A DNA stretch of 64,000 bases from Squalus acanthias (lineage: Eukaryota), in contig CM059448.1 of NCBI GenBank assembly GCA_030390025.1, positions 7,068,001 through 7,132,000 on the forward strand, given 5' to 3'. The position numbers were made by a program, and so were the translations under genes. The notes beneath the pieces were generated by a model, which was not told where the DNA came from, searched no databases, and saw nothing but the letters and a program-made list of their open reading frames with translations. Shown here one piece after another: positions 25,540 to 37,298 of the stretch (positions are counted from its first letter, which is position 1; each line of letters starts with the position of its first letter).

Positions 25540-25835
25540 GTTTTTTCCTTCATTCCTGGGATGTGGGCGTCGCTGGCAAGGCCAGCATTTATTGCCCATC
25601 CCTAATTGCCCTCGAGAAGGTGGTGGTGAGCCGCCTTCTTGAACCGCTGCAGTCCGTGCGGTGAAGGTGCTCCCACAGTGCTGTTAGGATGGAGTCAAGA
25701 TCTTGAACCCAGCGATGATGAAGGAACGGCCGATATACTTCCAAGTCAGGATGGTGTGTGACTTGGAGGCAGGTGGTGGTGATCCTATGCACCTGCTGCC
25801 CTTGTCCTTCTAAGTGGTACAGATCACGGGCTTGG
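25540..25835 (-). mobile_element. 3' end of another non-LTR retrotransposon family (CR1/L2 superclade)
   Basis: Same sequence as 62707 copy; tail GCGACGCCCACATCCCAGGAATGAA. Confidence 0.75.
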
Positions 25836-26243
25836 GTCAGTGGTGCATTGGAAGTGTCCGCCTAGAACATAAACTCGAACCCACAAGCTCCTGGCCCCTG
25901 AGCCAAACTGATGTTCGTGGAAGACGCCCATTTTCCTCTGCGTGATAAAAGCCAAAGGCCTTCTCTTTCTTCTCTTTGATTCTCCACCATCACTCAGCTA
26001 TCCCAAGTGAGCAGCCCACGAACACATCCTAGCTTTTACCTTCAATCGGGGTTTAAATCCGAGGTAGTTCGTGCAGTTTTCTTTTGCTCACCAAGATGTG
26101 CAACATTACTTCTGGGGAATTGGGCACTTATCTATCGAGAGTCAGCTACAAGCACTCACACATCACAGAGAGCACTGAATTCCCTCCAAACTGCCCCAAC
26201 ACTGTCTACGTACAACATTGCATCCGAGGACCTGCCAGGCGAC

Positions 26244-26365
26244 CACCTAACTGCTCCATCCCAAAGACCTGTTGCTCATCAGAACACCTAACTTCTCCTT
26301 CCCGGAGACCTGCTGCCCATCCAACCACCTATCTGCTCCATCCCGGAGACCTGCTGCTCAACAGA
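26244..26365. repeat. 41 bp tandem repeat x3
   Basis: CACCTAACTGCTCCATCCCGGAGACCTGCTGCTCA-like units at 26244, 26285 and 26326. Confidence 0.85.
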
Positions 26366-26749
26366 CTGTCTGGAAAAGGGGATTTTAACCCCTTGTGAAC
26401 TGATTTTAACTTTACTGCTTTTAAATACTGCGCTGTCTTAGTACCTTGCTGTGTCCATTTAACATAGATCTTTAAAATAAATCTGGCCAAATAGTTTTAA
26501 CCTGTACACATTGATCTGACCTTGTGTTACGTTCCACCTTTTGGAAGGAACAGGAGAACACCACGAGCATCCCGTGTATTCTCCAGCGAACAACTTGCCA
26601 TGATTACAGGTTAATTGTTAAACCTGGGCCTGCGAACCCATTGACCCAGCATACAAGGACATGGCATCCAGTTCGTATTGGGGCTCGTTCTGATTGCGGA
26701 AACAACCACCTAGCCGTGAAAGCACGAGGGAAAAGCCCAAACTATGACA

Positions 26750-26990
26750 ATACATAGGAACAGGAGTAGGTCATTAAGCCCCTCGAGCCTGCTCCGCCAT
26801 TCAGTGAGATCATGGCTGATCTACGACCTAACTCCATATACCCGCCTCTGGCCCATATCCCTTAGTACCTTTGGTTAACAGAAAGCTATCAATCTCAAGA
26901 TTTAAAATTAAACAACTGATCTAGCATCAATTGCCGTTTACGGAAGAGAGTTCCAAACTTCTACCACCCTTCGAGTGTAGAAGTGTTTCC
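26750..26990 (-). mobile_element. CR1 LINE 3' end fragment
   Basis: Reverse-complement tail CATAGGAACAGGAGTAGG..GAGCCTGCTCCGCCATTCA. Confidence 0.85.
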
Positions 26991-27954
26991 CAAAATACAA
27001 ACACACTCACTCAACGGGATCCCCCCATCGCCTCCAGACACCCATTGCTTACTGAACATCCTTATACCGGCACCCCTGCTCCGCACCAGAATGCAATGGA
27101 ACTGTGCCAGTTTACATTATCAGAAGATTCAGGGACACTGACTAATGTACGTCACCAAGTTGGAGGCTCACAGAACCTTGTGAAGTGCAGACAGTGATCT
27201 ATTCCAGGTCCTGTTAATGGCTCGGCACTTTCAAAAAAATATATATATTATTGAAACAATTAAACACTGGAAGACAAGGCTTCCTTCAGTTGTGAAACTC
27301 AAGTTACTGCACAATGCGGGGCCAGTTTGAGGGCGAACTTTATGAAATGCATTATTGCTCGCACAGTCTTCAAACCTTCACTACCCAGGCTCACTCTTCA
27401 GACAGTCTCGTGCAGCTCGACAGCCTGAGCGAGCTCTCCCCAGGCTCCATTAAGCTAAGGGGAGCAGGATGGACCAGGCCCAACTACCTGCTCAGGATCT
27501 GGCAACCAGTTGCCATCTACAGGCCCCATGCTGTCTCTCAATAGAGATTTTTTTTTTAAACGCCAAATAATGAATAAAGAACAGAGAGCACAAGAGGGTA
27601 GAAAGAGGCAGCGGCAGAATGGGCAACATCCCATGAAGGACATGTTTGGGTGGGGGGGGGGGGGGGGGGGGAGGAGTAAAACCACAAGGCGCTCAACATA
27701 CGAAGTTCCTCTGTCTGCCACTGTGAAGTAAAATATCAGACAGAGGCACCTCATCAACCTCTTTCATTACTAATATAGCCCCAGCGCAACTACCCCCAGG
27801 GTGCTCCAGCACGCAGTGCCAGAGAGCCAAGAGCCGCATCAACCGTCACCAATTGAGGGGGCATTGGATTGGTACATCCCCTACATGGGAGGGGAAACTG
27901 CCTGTGGAATCACCCGACCCTCCGACACTCGGCCTGCTCAGACCCAATATTCAT

Positions 27955-28393
27955 GCTGAGGACAGATTGAGTAGACTAGGCCTATATTCACTGAGTTTAG
28001 AAGAATGAGAGGTGATCTCATTGAAACATACAAAATTCTTACAGGGCTTGACAGGGTAGATGCAGGGGGGATGTTTCCCCTGGCTGGGGGGGGGGGGGGG
28101 GGTCTAGAACCAGGGGTCACAGTCTCAGAATAAGGGGTCGGCCATTTAGGAGAAATTTCTTCACTCAGAGGGTGGTGAATCTTTGGAATTCTCTACCCCA
28201 GAGGGCTGTGGAGGCTCAGTCGTTGAGTATATTCAAGACAGAGATCGATAGATTTTTGAATATTAAGGGAATCAAAGGATATGGGGATAGTGCAGGAAGG
28301 TGGAATTGAGGTAGAAGATCAGCCATGATCTTATTTGAATGGCGGAGCAGGCTCGAAGGGCCGACTCCTGCTCCTATTTCTTCTGTTCTTATG
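27955..28393 (+). mobile_element. CR1 LINE 3' fragment
   Basis: FRRMRGDLIETYKILTGLDRVDAG..; CR1 tail; contains an expanded G17 run. Confidence 0.9.
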
Positions 28394-28464
28394 TGCTCCA
28401 CCTGAAGAACCCCCCCATTAACAGTCACAAGTTCAGATTAAACCTGCGTCTTATAATTCAGGAG

Positions 28465-28712
28465 GACCCAGGTCTGGTTCCCAGTCGGTGCTGACTTAAC
28501 TGATTCTCAGCTGGGGCGTTGGGAATGGGTGTCACAATTGGCCTCGTCCTTCTTGAACTAGGATAAATAATCAGCATGGTTCCTGCTCCTGATCACCTGC
28601 CAGAACTTACATATGTATCAAAACGGAAAGAGGACTCCACAGTGGAGCAGCATGCCCGCACTCAAGGCTCCCCCCACATGTAGGCTGGCCACGTGAGCGA
28701 GGTACCAGATGT
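28465..28712 (+). mobile_element. Old diverged SINE-like family
   Basis: ACAATTGGCCTC, ATCAGCATGGTTCCTGCTCCTGATC, GAGGTACC blocks shared with 7003, 46135 and 52520. Confidence 0.55.
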
Positions 28713-29349
28713 CAATGGGAGTCATTTTAACTCGGCAGATAGTGTAAAAATAGGTGATATCCAATTGGCCCGCCCATTATACACCTCGCCCAGCTTTAAT
28801 GGAAGGGGGTAAATCGTCGAGGGCGGGTAATTGGATTTGGTCCATCACCCAACGTCACTCAATGCCTTTGGGACAAGGGAAAGAGAAAAGAAAAAAAGAG
28901 ACAGAAATCCGTCAGAAGACCCGCTGGAGAAAGGAAAACACAGGCAGACGGGAGGCCACACATCACACCCACGCCAATAACACAGACCAGAAACTGTGAC
29001 CACTGGCAATGACTTTCCATTCAAACCAAACAAGCTGTAAGAGCCTTTCTCTTAGTCATTCCGTCTGGTCTCCCAGGCCACCTGACTCATCACAGTTTGG
29101 TGGGGGGGGTAGAGCTCTGTCCAATCCAAGCTCACTGAAACATGACACACGAGGGTAAAGGTCGGCACCTCTCAACTCCCCACCCTCTCTACAATTACTC
29201 ACTTGCAATTTAATCAGTCAGGTTTGCTATTGATTTGAGAAAAGATGAGGCAATAATGGTAATGAATGGAGTCAAACAAAAACCAATATTAAAATACTGG
29301 TATCTAAAGATTAAATATATGAAGTTCCTGATTTCCTTTCTCCTTTTAA

Positions 29350-29672
29350 AAATTCATTTTCAAGATGTGGGCATCGCTACAGCAAGGCCAACATTTATTG
29401 CCCATCCCTAGTTGCCCTTGAGAAGGTGGGGGCGGGCCTTCACACGGAGGGTGGTGAATCTTTGGAATTCTCTACCCCAGGGGGCTGTGGAGGCTCAGTC
29501 GTTGAGTATATTCAAGACAGAGATCGATAGATTTTTGAATATTAAGGGAATCAAGGGATATGGAGATCGGGCGGGAAAGTGGAGTTGAGGTCGAAGATCA
29601 GCCATGATCTTATTGAATGGCGGAGCAGGTTCGAGAGGCCGTATGGCCGACTCCTGCTCCTAATTCTTATGT
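29350..29672. mobile_element. Minus-strand LINE tail (29350-29440) joined to plus-strand CR1 3' end (29443-29672)
   Basis: GATGTGGGCATCGCT..ATTGCCCATCCCTA, then GTGAATCTTTGGAATTCTCTACCCCAG and CR1 tail. Confidence 0.82.
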
Positions 29673-29995
29673 TAGCTCCGGCAGAAAATCCCCAAAACCC
29701 GGAAGCGCCAGGGCGAGGGCTCCTGAAGGAATTTCCGCCTCCCGTCCATTGGCGTTATGCTGGGGTCGGGGTCGGGGGGGGTGGAATCCGGGCTGAGGAC
29801 TCCTGTGGATTCAACACGAGAAATTTAAACCGATCTCCCCGTCACTGACTGGCCTCACGGCCCAAAGAATCGGAATGTTCGGTTGCCCAGCAACAAAGCC
29901 CCTCAACCTCGGTGAGCACCAAATTCAGAGGGGGGGGGGGGGGGGGGGGGGGATTCGGGGGAAGAAATAGTTCGCTGCTCCAGTTAAACAATCTC

Positions 29996-30105
29996 GCATT
30001 ACAACAGTGACGACACTTCAAAAGTACTCCATTGGCTGCAAAGTGCTTTGGGACGTCCTGGAGTCTTAAAAAAGGCACGATATAAAAGCAAATTCTTCCT
30101 TGCTT
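29996..30105 (+). mobile_element. Deu-SINE tail fragment
   Basis: ATTACAACAGTGACGACACTTCAAAAGTAC.. Confidence 0.8.
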
Positions 30106-30116
30106 CTTTATCTCAA

Positions 30117-30362
30117 GATGTGGAGATGCTGGTGTTGGACTGGGGTGGACAAATGTGAGAAGTCGCACAACACCAGGTTATAGTCCAACAGTTTTATTTT
30201 AAATCACAAGCTTTCGGAGCGCTGCTCCTTCGTCAGGTTCACCTGAGGAAGGAGCAGCCGCTCCGAAAGCTTGTGATTTCAAATAAAACTGTTGGACTAT
30301 AACCTGGTGTTGTGCGAATTCTCACTTTGTCCACCCCAGTCCAACACTGGCATCTCCGCATC
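30117..30362. mobile_element. Palindromic pair of Penelope-like terminal repeats
   Basis: ~120 bp inverted arms centred near 30239; each arm has a CTGAnGA-stem-GAAA motif followed by an AATAAA. Confidence 0.8.
30239..30276 (+). ncRNA. Minimal type I hammerhead ribozyme motif
   Basis: TCAC-CTGAGGA-A-GGAGC-AGCC-GCTCC-GAAA-GC-TT-GTGA: stem I TCAC/GTGA, core CUGANGA, stem II GGAGC/GCUCC, GAAA, palindromic AGCU stem III, CUU site. Confidence 0.7.
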
Positions 30363-30365
30363 ATA

Positions 30366-30944
30366 ACCTTTATAAAACCATTGGTTTGGCCCCAACTGGA
30401 GTATTGTGTCCAATTCTGGGCACCGCACTTTAGGAAGGATGTGAAGGCCTTAGAGAGGGTGCAGAAAAGATTTGCAAGAATGGTTCCAGGGATGAGGGAC
30501 TTCAGTTACGTGGATCGACTGGAGAAGCTGGGGTTGTTCTCCTTAGAGCAAAGAAGGTCGAGAGGAGATTTGATAGAAGGGTTCAAAATCATGAGGCGTT
30601 GAGACAGAGTAGATCGAGAGAAACTGTTCCCATTGGCGGAAGGGTCGAGAGCCAGACGACACAGATTCAAGGTGATTGACAGAAGAACCCAAAGGCGACA
30701 TGAGGGAAAACGTTTTTACGCAGCAAGTGGTTAGGATCTGGAATGCACTGCCTGAAAGGATGGGGGAGGCAGATTCAATCGTGGCTTTCAAAAGGGAGTT
30801 GGATAAGTACCTGAAGGAAAAAAATTTGCAGGGCTACGGGGAAAGGGCGGGGTGAGTGGGACTCGCTGAAGTGTTCTTGCAGAGAGCGGCACGGGCTCAA
30901 CGGGCCAAAAGGCTTCCTTCTGTGCTGTAACCAGTCTATGATTC
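30366..30944 (+). mobile_element. CR1 LINE 3' fragment
   Basis: ORF 30312 LVWPQLEYCVQFWAPHFRKDVKALERVQKRF...RGDLIE; CR1 tail. Confidence 0.92.
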
Positions 30945-30956
30945 TAACCCTCAACA

Positions 30957-31315
30957 TCCTTGCCTAACAAAAATCTATCAATCTCAGTTTTGAAATTTTC
31001 TATTGACCCCCAGCCTCAACAGCTTTTTGAGGAGAGAGTTCCAGATTTCCACTGCCTCTTGTGTAAAGAAGTGCTTCCTGACATCAACCCTGAACAGCCT
31101 GGCTCAAATTTTAAGGTTTTCCCTCCTCTTTCTAGACTCCAACCCCCCCCCGCCCCCCGTCGCCAGAAGAAATAGTTTCTCTCTATCTACCCTATCAAAT
31201 CCTTTAATCATCTTAAACACCTCAATTAGATCACCCCTTAATCTTCTATACTCAATGGAATGCAAGCCTAGACTAGGCAACCTGCCCTCATAATTTAACC
31301 CCTTTAGCCCCGATG
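30957..31315 (-). mobile_element. CR1 LINE fragment
   Basis: ORF 31104 LGLHSIEYRRLRGDLIEVFKMIKGFDRVDREKLF. Confidence 0.88.
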
Positions 31316-31334
31316 CCATACTGAAGAACTTGCG

Positions 31335-32150
31335 TATACAAATCACCTTACCACAACCTTGAGACGTCTCAAAGTGTTGCACACCAATAGACTACATTTT
31401 GGAAACAACAGCAACAGCCAACTGTGCACAGCAAGGTGCCACAAACAGCATATGAACGAATCATCAATGAATCTATTTTTCTAGCGCTGTTAACTGAGGG
31501 ACGAATGTTGGCCCGGATATTAGGAGAACACCCTGCTCTTCTTTTAGTGTCGCGGGATCTTTTTCGTCCAACCAATCAGACCTCAGAAAGACGGCACCTC
31601 TAACAATGCAGCACTCCCTCAGTACCGCACTGAAGTGTCAGCATTGGATCAATGGTAGCGCTCTCGCCTCGGAGTCAGAAGGCTGTGGATTCAAGTCGCA
31701 CACCAGAGACTTGAGCACGTAATCCAGGCTGACACTCCAGTACAATAACTGTGGGAGCGCTGCACTGTCGGAGGTGCCGTCTTTCGGATGAGACAGTAAA
31801 CCGAGGCCCCGTCTGCCCTCTCAGGCGGACATGGAAGATCGCATGGCGCCAGTGGAAGGAGAGCACGGGAGTTCTACTGGTGCCCTGGCCCAATATTTAT
31901 TTCTCAAGCAACATCACGAAAAAAAAATTGACCATTTACCTCATTTGCTGTTTGTGGGAGCTTGCTGCGCGCAAATTGGCTGCTGGCGTTTCCCTACATT
32001 ACAACAATGACTGCATTTGGAGGTCCTGAAAGGTGATATATAAATGCAAGTTTGTTCTTTCTTTGAAGCATCAGTCTAGATTACGTGCCCACGTTCTGGA
32101 GTAGACCCATAACCTTTGTACTCAGAGGGCAAGGGGGCTACCAGATGATT
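31335..32150 (-). mobile_element. Older antisense Deu-SINE split by a sense Deu-SINE
   Basis: Tail and body at 31335-31640, head at 32065-32150. Confidence 0.7.
31637..32064 (+). mobile_element. Deu-SINE, near full length
   Basis: tRNA head with GGATTCAAGTC, Deu core, tail ATATAAATGCAAG. Confidence 0.9.
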
Positions 32151-32173
32151 CAAGTGAGGGCTTAAATAAATAA

Positions 32174-32389
32174 TGATGCGGAGATGCCGGTGTTGGACTG
32201 GGGTAGACAAATGTGAGAAGTCGCACAACACCAGGTTATAGTCCAACAGCTTTATTTGAAATCACAAGCTTTCAGAGCGCTGCTCCTTCATCTCTTCACT
32301 TCACCTGACGAAGGAGCAGCGCTCCGAAAGCTTGCGATTTCAAATAAAGCTGTTGGACTATAACCTGGTGTTGTGCGACTTCTCACTTG
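32174..32389. mobile_element. Second palindromic Penelope-like terminal-repeat insertion, with 10 bp TSD
   Basis: Same sequence as 30117; AAATAAATAA at 32164-32173 and 32390-32399. Confidence 0.8.
32301..32337 (+). ncRNA. Minimal hammerhead ribozyme motif (stem I mismatch)
   Basis: TCAC-CTGACGA-A-GGAGC-AGC-GCTCC-GAAA-GC-TT-GCGA. Confidence 0.62.
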
Positions 32390-33205
32390 AAATAAATAAC
32401 ACATTGGCATTTTGCAAATCAGGGCCACTGTCCTTTTTTTTAAAAACAAAAGTGAGGTTAAATATCCTCTGGTCTTGCCAAAGCAGTTCCGGAGCCCACA
32501 TTATCTTTTACAGGTTAGGAACCACTGCGTGGTGACAAAACAATTCAGCAATAAAACAGGGTGAAAAGGTCACCCACTTCACAGGTTGGAGGGGGGGGAA
32601 AAAAAACTTAACACGCTCATAATAAAAACGCCACGTCATTCTCGAACACGGACTGGTGCGGAATCGCTGAAAGCACACCCTAGCAACCACCATATCCCAG
32701 AGCGCTTTCAAGTTTCCACAGCCTGTGCCTCCCAAGAAGGGAGCTGCAGATTTTCACTCATTTGTCGTCGTCCCCCCCCGCCCTGACTTTCTGCAACAAC
32801 AGGTTAGCTGCCCCAGGAGTTTCTTTTCAGTGCCGCAACGCGCCCTACACGTCCTGCGTTCTAAAAGGAGAAGGGGAAAAAAATAAAAGTCAACGGCCGC
32901 TTTTTCCCACAGCGGATTATTTACCGTTGAATGACTTTCTAATTTTAGATTTTATTTTTCCACATTGTTATCCGGGCCTGTGTGTAATCTCACTGAGGGA
33001 TTCAAAGCCACACCAGGGTTTACTGACGCTGAGGAACCAGATAGCTGCTCTTGGGTAAACTGTCCCTTCTCCCTCTCAGTAATTGTTTCTTTCCTTTCCT
33101 TTCACTGGCCCTCTTCAGCCCACCAAAAACTTTAATATCCTCTGCGCACTTAAGCATTGAAAGTTTTAAATACAAGCAAATTTCCCCCACCCCCTTCCAA
33201 TATTT

Positions 33206-33551
33206 AGGTCAGAAAATCCCCACAGAAATCATTCTGGACACCAGGCCAGAAAATCCCCACAGAAACACCACACCACAACAGGTCAGCAAATCCCCACAGA
33301 AACATTTTCCCACAACAGGTCAGAAAATCCCCACAGAAACATTTTCCCACACCAGGTCAGAAAATCCCCACAGAAACATTTTCCCACACCAGGCCAGCAA
33401 TCCCCACAGAAACATTTCCCCACACCAGGCCAGCAATCCCCACAGAAACATTTCCCCACACCAGGCCAGCAATCCCCACAGAAACATTTTCCCCACACCA
33501 GGCCAGCAATCCCCACAGAAACATCGCCTCACACCAGGCCAGCAATCCCAT
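33206..33551. repeat. Minisatellite, ~34-36 bp unit, ~10 copies
   Basis: CAGGCCAGCAATCCCCACAGAAACATTTCCCCACAC tandem units. Confidence 0.95.
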
Positions 33552-33868
33552 GGCACCATCCGTGGGCTTCTTACCAGCATTTTCACAACAGGTCACCACC
33601 TTTGGGCACTGTGCCCGTGTGCTTTTTGTACAACGTCTATAGAACGCAGCAGCCAGCATTTGTACATTACACATCAGGATACTTTGCCAACATGACCACA
33701 GGGCCGCACCTGGGCTCCCAGCACAGCAGGGATCACCTGAATCCGATTAACTCACGGAACGCTGGAGTCACATTAACCCTTGGCGGCTTGAGGGGCCCCT
33801 GCAGACTTCAAAAGTACTTTGGCAACATTTTTTTTTTAAATTACTAATACTTTTACGCAGTAGTTCAG

Positions 33869-33994
33869 CGGAAGTGCTGCCATAGTAACCGAGGTCAAAG
33901 GACAACGTGCAAAGTGGCACAAAAGCAAAGGCCAGCTTGGCCAGTCATTGCTCAGACAACAAATCGCTCCATTTTTGAAAGACGACCGGAAGTG
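33869..33994. promoter_or_regulatory. Candidate composite element: ETS + RFX X-box-like + DR1 + ETS
   Basis: CGGAAGTG 33869, GCTGCCATAGTAAC 33876, AGGTCA-A-AGGACA 33892, ACCGGAAGTG 33985; motif match only. Confidence 0.35.
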
Positions 33995-34400
33995 AAAAAA
34001 AAAAATCTATTTTTAATCTTCATACATGTATTTAAAAGGGAGCTGTAATGGACTACCAGTAATCTAGTTGACAGGCTTATTCCCAAACTGCTGAAAGTTA
34101 GACATTCTGTCATACACTTACAAAAGATCAAACCCCCATAAATACATGCTCGGTGTCTACCCGGCTGGCTTTGAATCATATTTAATTATATACTTGTGTG
34201 ATACACGAGCAACATTTGAAGAAACTCTTCAACAATGACGCACCAGGCTTTAAGTGGTTTTTTTTGTGGCACTATTGAGGCCGCTCAGGATTCCAAACGC
34301 AGTAGCGATGGTCAGAGATTAAAAAAATAAATAAAACAGCGTCTTCACGTGGTGGAAAGGTGACAGCTATCTTCCTTCACGAGAGGTCCAACTCCCTAAT

Positions 34401-34775
34401 GAACAACAACAATTCGCATTTATACAGCACCTTTAACATAGTAGAACGCCCCAAGGCACTTCACAGGAGCGTTATGAAGCAAAAATTTGACACATAAGGA
34501 GATATTAGGGCAGATGTCCAAAAGCTTGGTCAAAGAGGTAGGTTTTAAGGAGCATCTTGAAAGAGAGAGAGAGGCGGAGAGGTTTAGGGAGGGAATTCCA
34601 GAGCTCAGAGCCGAGGCAGCTGTAGGCACGGCCACCAATGGTGGAGCGATGAAAAACAGAGATGCTCAAGAGGCCAGAATTAGAGGGGTGCAGATATATC
34701 GGAGGGTTGTGGGGCTGGAGGAGATTACAGAGATAGGGAGGGACAAGAAAGATGAGAATTTTAAAATCGAGGCTC
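34401..34775 (-). mobile_element. L2 LINE 3' end fragment
   Basis: ORF 34505 DFKILI..PPYLCNLL..STIGGRAYSCLG.ELWNSLP; (AAC)n tail. Confidence 0.9.
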
Positions 34776-36379
34776 AATTGACTCAATAACAGAGATATCA
34801 GGTCCATCATCTTGAGAAGAGCTCCGTAGATATATATCTTTTAATTCTTTGCTCCTCTGGTATTCTCCCCCTCTTCCCCCCTGAAGGTGCTCTCTCAAGG
34901 CAACTGCCCTCTACAGTACTGCACCGCAGACAACTGGCAGAGAGAGCAGCCATCCTTGGGATGGAGCCCATGTTGGTCATCACTCTGGTCATGTGACGTC
35001 ACCACAGCATTCAACAGCAACAACCGCCTCGAGTGGTGGGGCACGGACTTACGCCAGGTGATGCTTCATGTGCTGAAAGCCCAACTGTGGAAGCGACACA
35101 CAGATCAGCCACACAGAGGAGAGAGGGCCGCTACGAGCAACCTTTGCAAGTACCTTAGCAGGTAACTAGTGACACAGGGGACGTTGCCAGTGGCTGGAGA
35201 GAAGAGTGCCTGCCTGTGTAGTCCAACACCTTGGCTTTGAAGGCAGAAATGGGAATGGGGTACAAAAATAAATACCATATACACTTTGTGTTTCTGATTT
35301 ATAAAATCCTCAAACACCCCTCCTTGATTGGACTGGAGGCTTGTAGAACATGCCAAGACAATGATTACTCCCAAGATTTAACATTGTACCGAAGTCCACA
35401 GACACTCCAGTTATCATCAGCGTTCATTATACAGGTAGGCAAACACACACACACACACAGTAGGCAAGCACACACAGGTAGTCAAGCACATACACACACA
35501 ATGACAAGGGCACTGCCGTAACGAGTGCTCAGTCCTCAAAGCTGTCCGCTCATCAGTCCGTTCCAGGATATTGCCCTTTTAAGAAACCAGGACGAGCAGA
35601 GTACGTGAGACTGCTACCACATGCACCTGGGTCTGTGCATGAGGAGTTTAAATAACATCCGTTCGAACGGAGTTCAACCGTTTCCCACAGGCCTGTGCTG
35701 CGTGATGGTTACCACAGTCCTGTCGCTGAAGCGCGAGTCTCTCCACTCGCTGTGTCATAGGCTCGGTTTAATGTGCACAGGGCCGGTGTGGGCCGGAGCA
35801 AGGCAGCGACGTCATCTTCATGGATTCGGTTTGAAAAAAAAGACTTCACAGGGAGTGTTCTGTACTCATTACATTTTCACATGTAAAACTGTAGAAAGAA
35901 CGTTCTGTTTTCTCAAAGCTTTGCCGTCAGTACACCTGAAAATATATATTTTCAAAACCAAGTTTTGTGCCCATCAAAAGGGTGAGGGATGTTGGTGCTC
36001 ATTCAGCGGGACACTTGAATTTCAGGTACTCCCAACTGGGGTATCACATGGTTAGATGCAAAGTAAAGCTCCCTCTACTCTGCCCCGACAAGATGTCGCT
36101 TACCCCCCCACCCCACGGCCCCGCCCCCCCACCCCACAGTGTCCCATACCAGCCATCCTGTGGCCACGGAATGAGACTGCCAAATTAGGGCCAGTTCGAT
36201 GCTTAGGGTCCACACTCACTAGCAACTGGGCTGGACGGAGACAAAGTTACCTCATGTCATTGAAAATGATTGAGTGCAGCATAAAGGCAAGAGGGAGAGA
36301 GACAGACACAGAGAAAGAGAGCGAGCAACAGACAGACCTAACAGAGGCAGAAACAGAGAAAGTAACAGACATACAATGT

Positions 36380-36600
36380 CTAGGGGCCAATATTTATCCC
36401 TCAATCAACATCACTAAAACAGATTACCTGGTCATCATCACATTCCTGTTTGTGGGAGCTTGCTGTGCGCAAATCAGCTGCCGCGTTTCCTACATTACAA
36501 CAGTGACTACACTTCAAAAAAAGTACTTCATTGGCTGCAAAGCGCTTTGAGACGCCCTTGAGGTTGTGAAAGGCGCTATAGAAATGCAAGTTCTTTCTTA
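36380..36600 (+). mobile_element. Deu-SINE 3' half
   Basis: GCCAATATTTATCCCTCAATC..GGCGCTATAGAAATGCAAG. Confidence 0.88.
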
Positions 36601-36994
36601 CAAACAGCATCAGAGAGAAAGAGAAACAGACAGCTTGCAGGTTAAAGGTGAAAGGTGAGAGAAGGGTCAACCAGCAGACAAGCTTTTCTTGTATGCCATC
36701 CAGGAGTGTGCGAGAGGCATTAGAAGTCCCTCAGATATGGGAGCAGGAAGCTAGTCTTGGATGTACTGGCGGGGGGGGGGGGGGCGGTGTTTTGCATGAA
36801 AGAGGAACCAGAGCTCATGAGAAGTGTCGTGGAGTTCACCTCCTTATTGTGTGAACTATGGACCCAGCTCCTTCAAACAACCACTGAAAAATTGACCAAA
36901 ACCATGGTCCCCCACGGCACCTCAGTGTATTGTAATTCGTGCAAGTGTAGGACTCTTCGGATTACAAATCTATCCCTCGGGATTTTCACCCGTA

Positions 36995-37097
36995 GAATGA
37001 CTTGCATTTCTATGGCGCCTTTCACCACCACCGAACGTCCCAAAGCGCTTCACAGCCAATGAAGTACTTTTTGAAGTGTAGTCACTGTTGTAATGCA
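36995..37097 (-). mobile_element. Deu-SINE tail fragment
   Basis: Reverse-complement tail. Confidence 0.8.
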
Positions 37098-37298
37098 GCA
37101 CTTCTCCAGGAATTTCCAATCTGAACCCATCCCAACTTTCTATTCTAGTTGCACATCAAATAAAAGGAACAACAATCCTGTGAACACCAAATTATTATTT
37201 ACAGGGGCAGCATCCAGTAAATCGACTTTTTGAACTAATTCATTAAAAGGAGACTCAACTCACCCAAAAGTTCATTCTGAAATAGATTTCACGCAGAA

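Noticed and set aside
33051-33695. 214 aa ORF
   Set aside because: Driven by the 35 bp minisatellite; no recognisable domain
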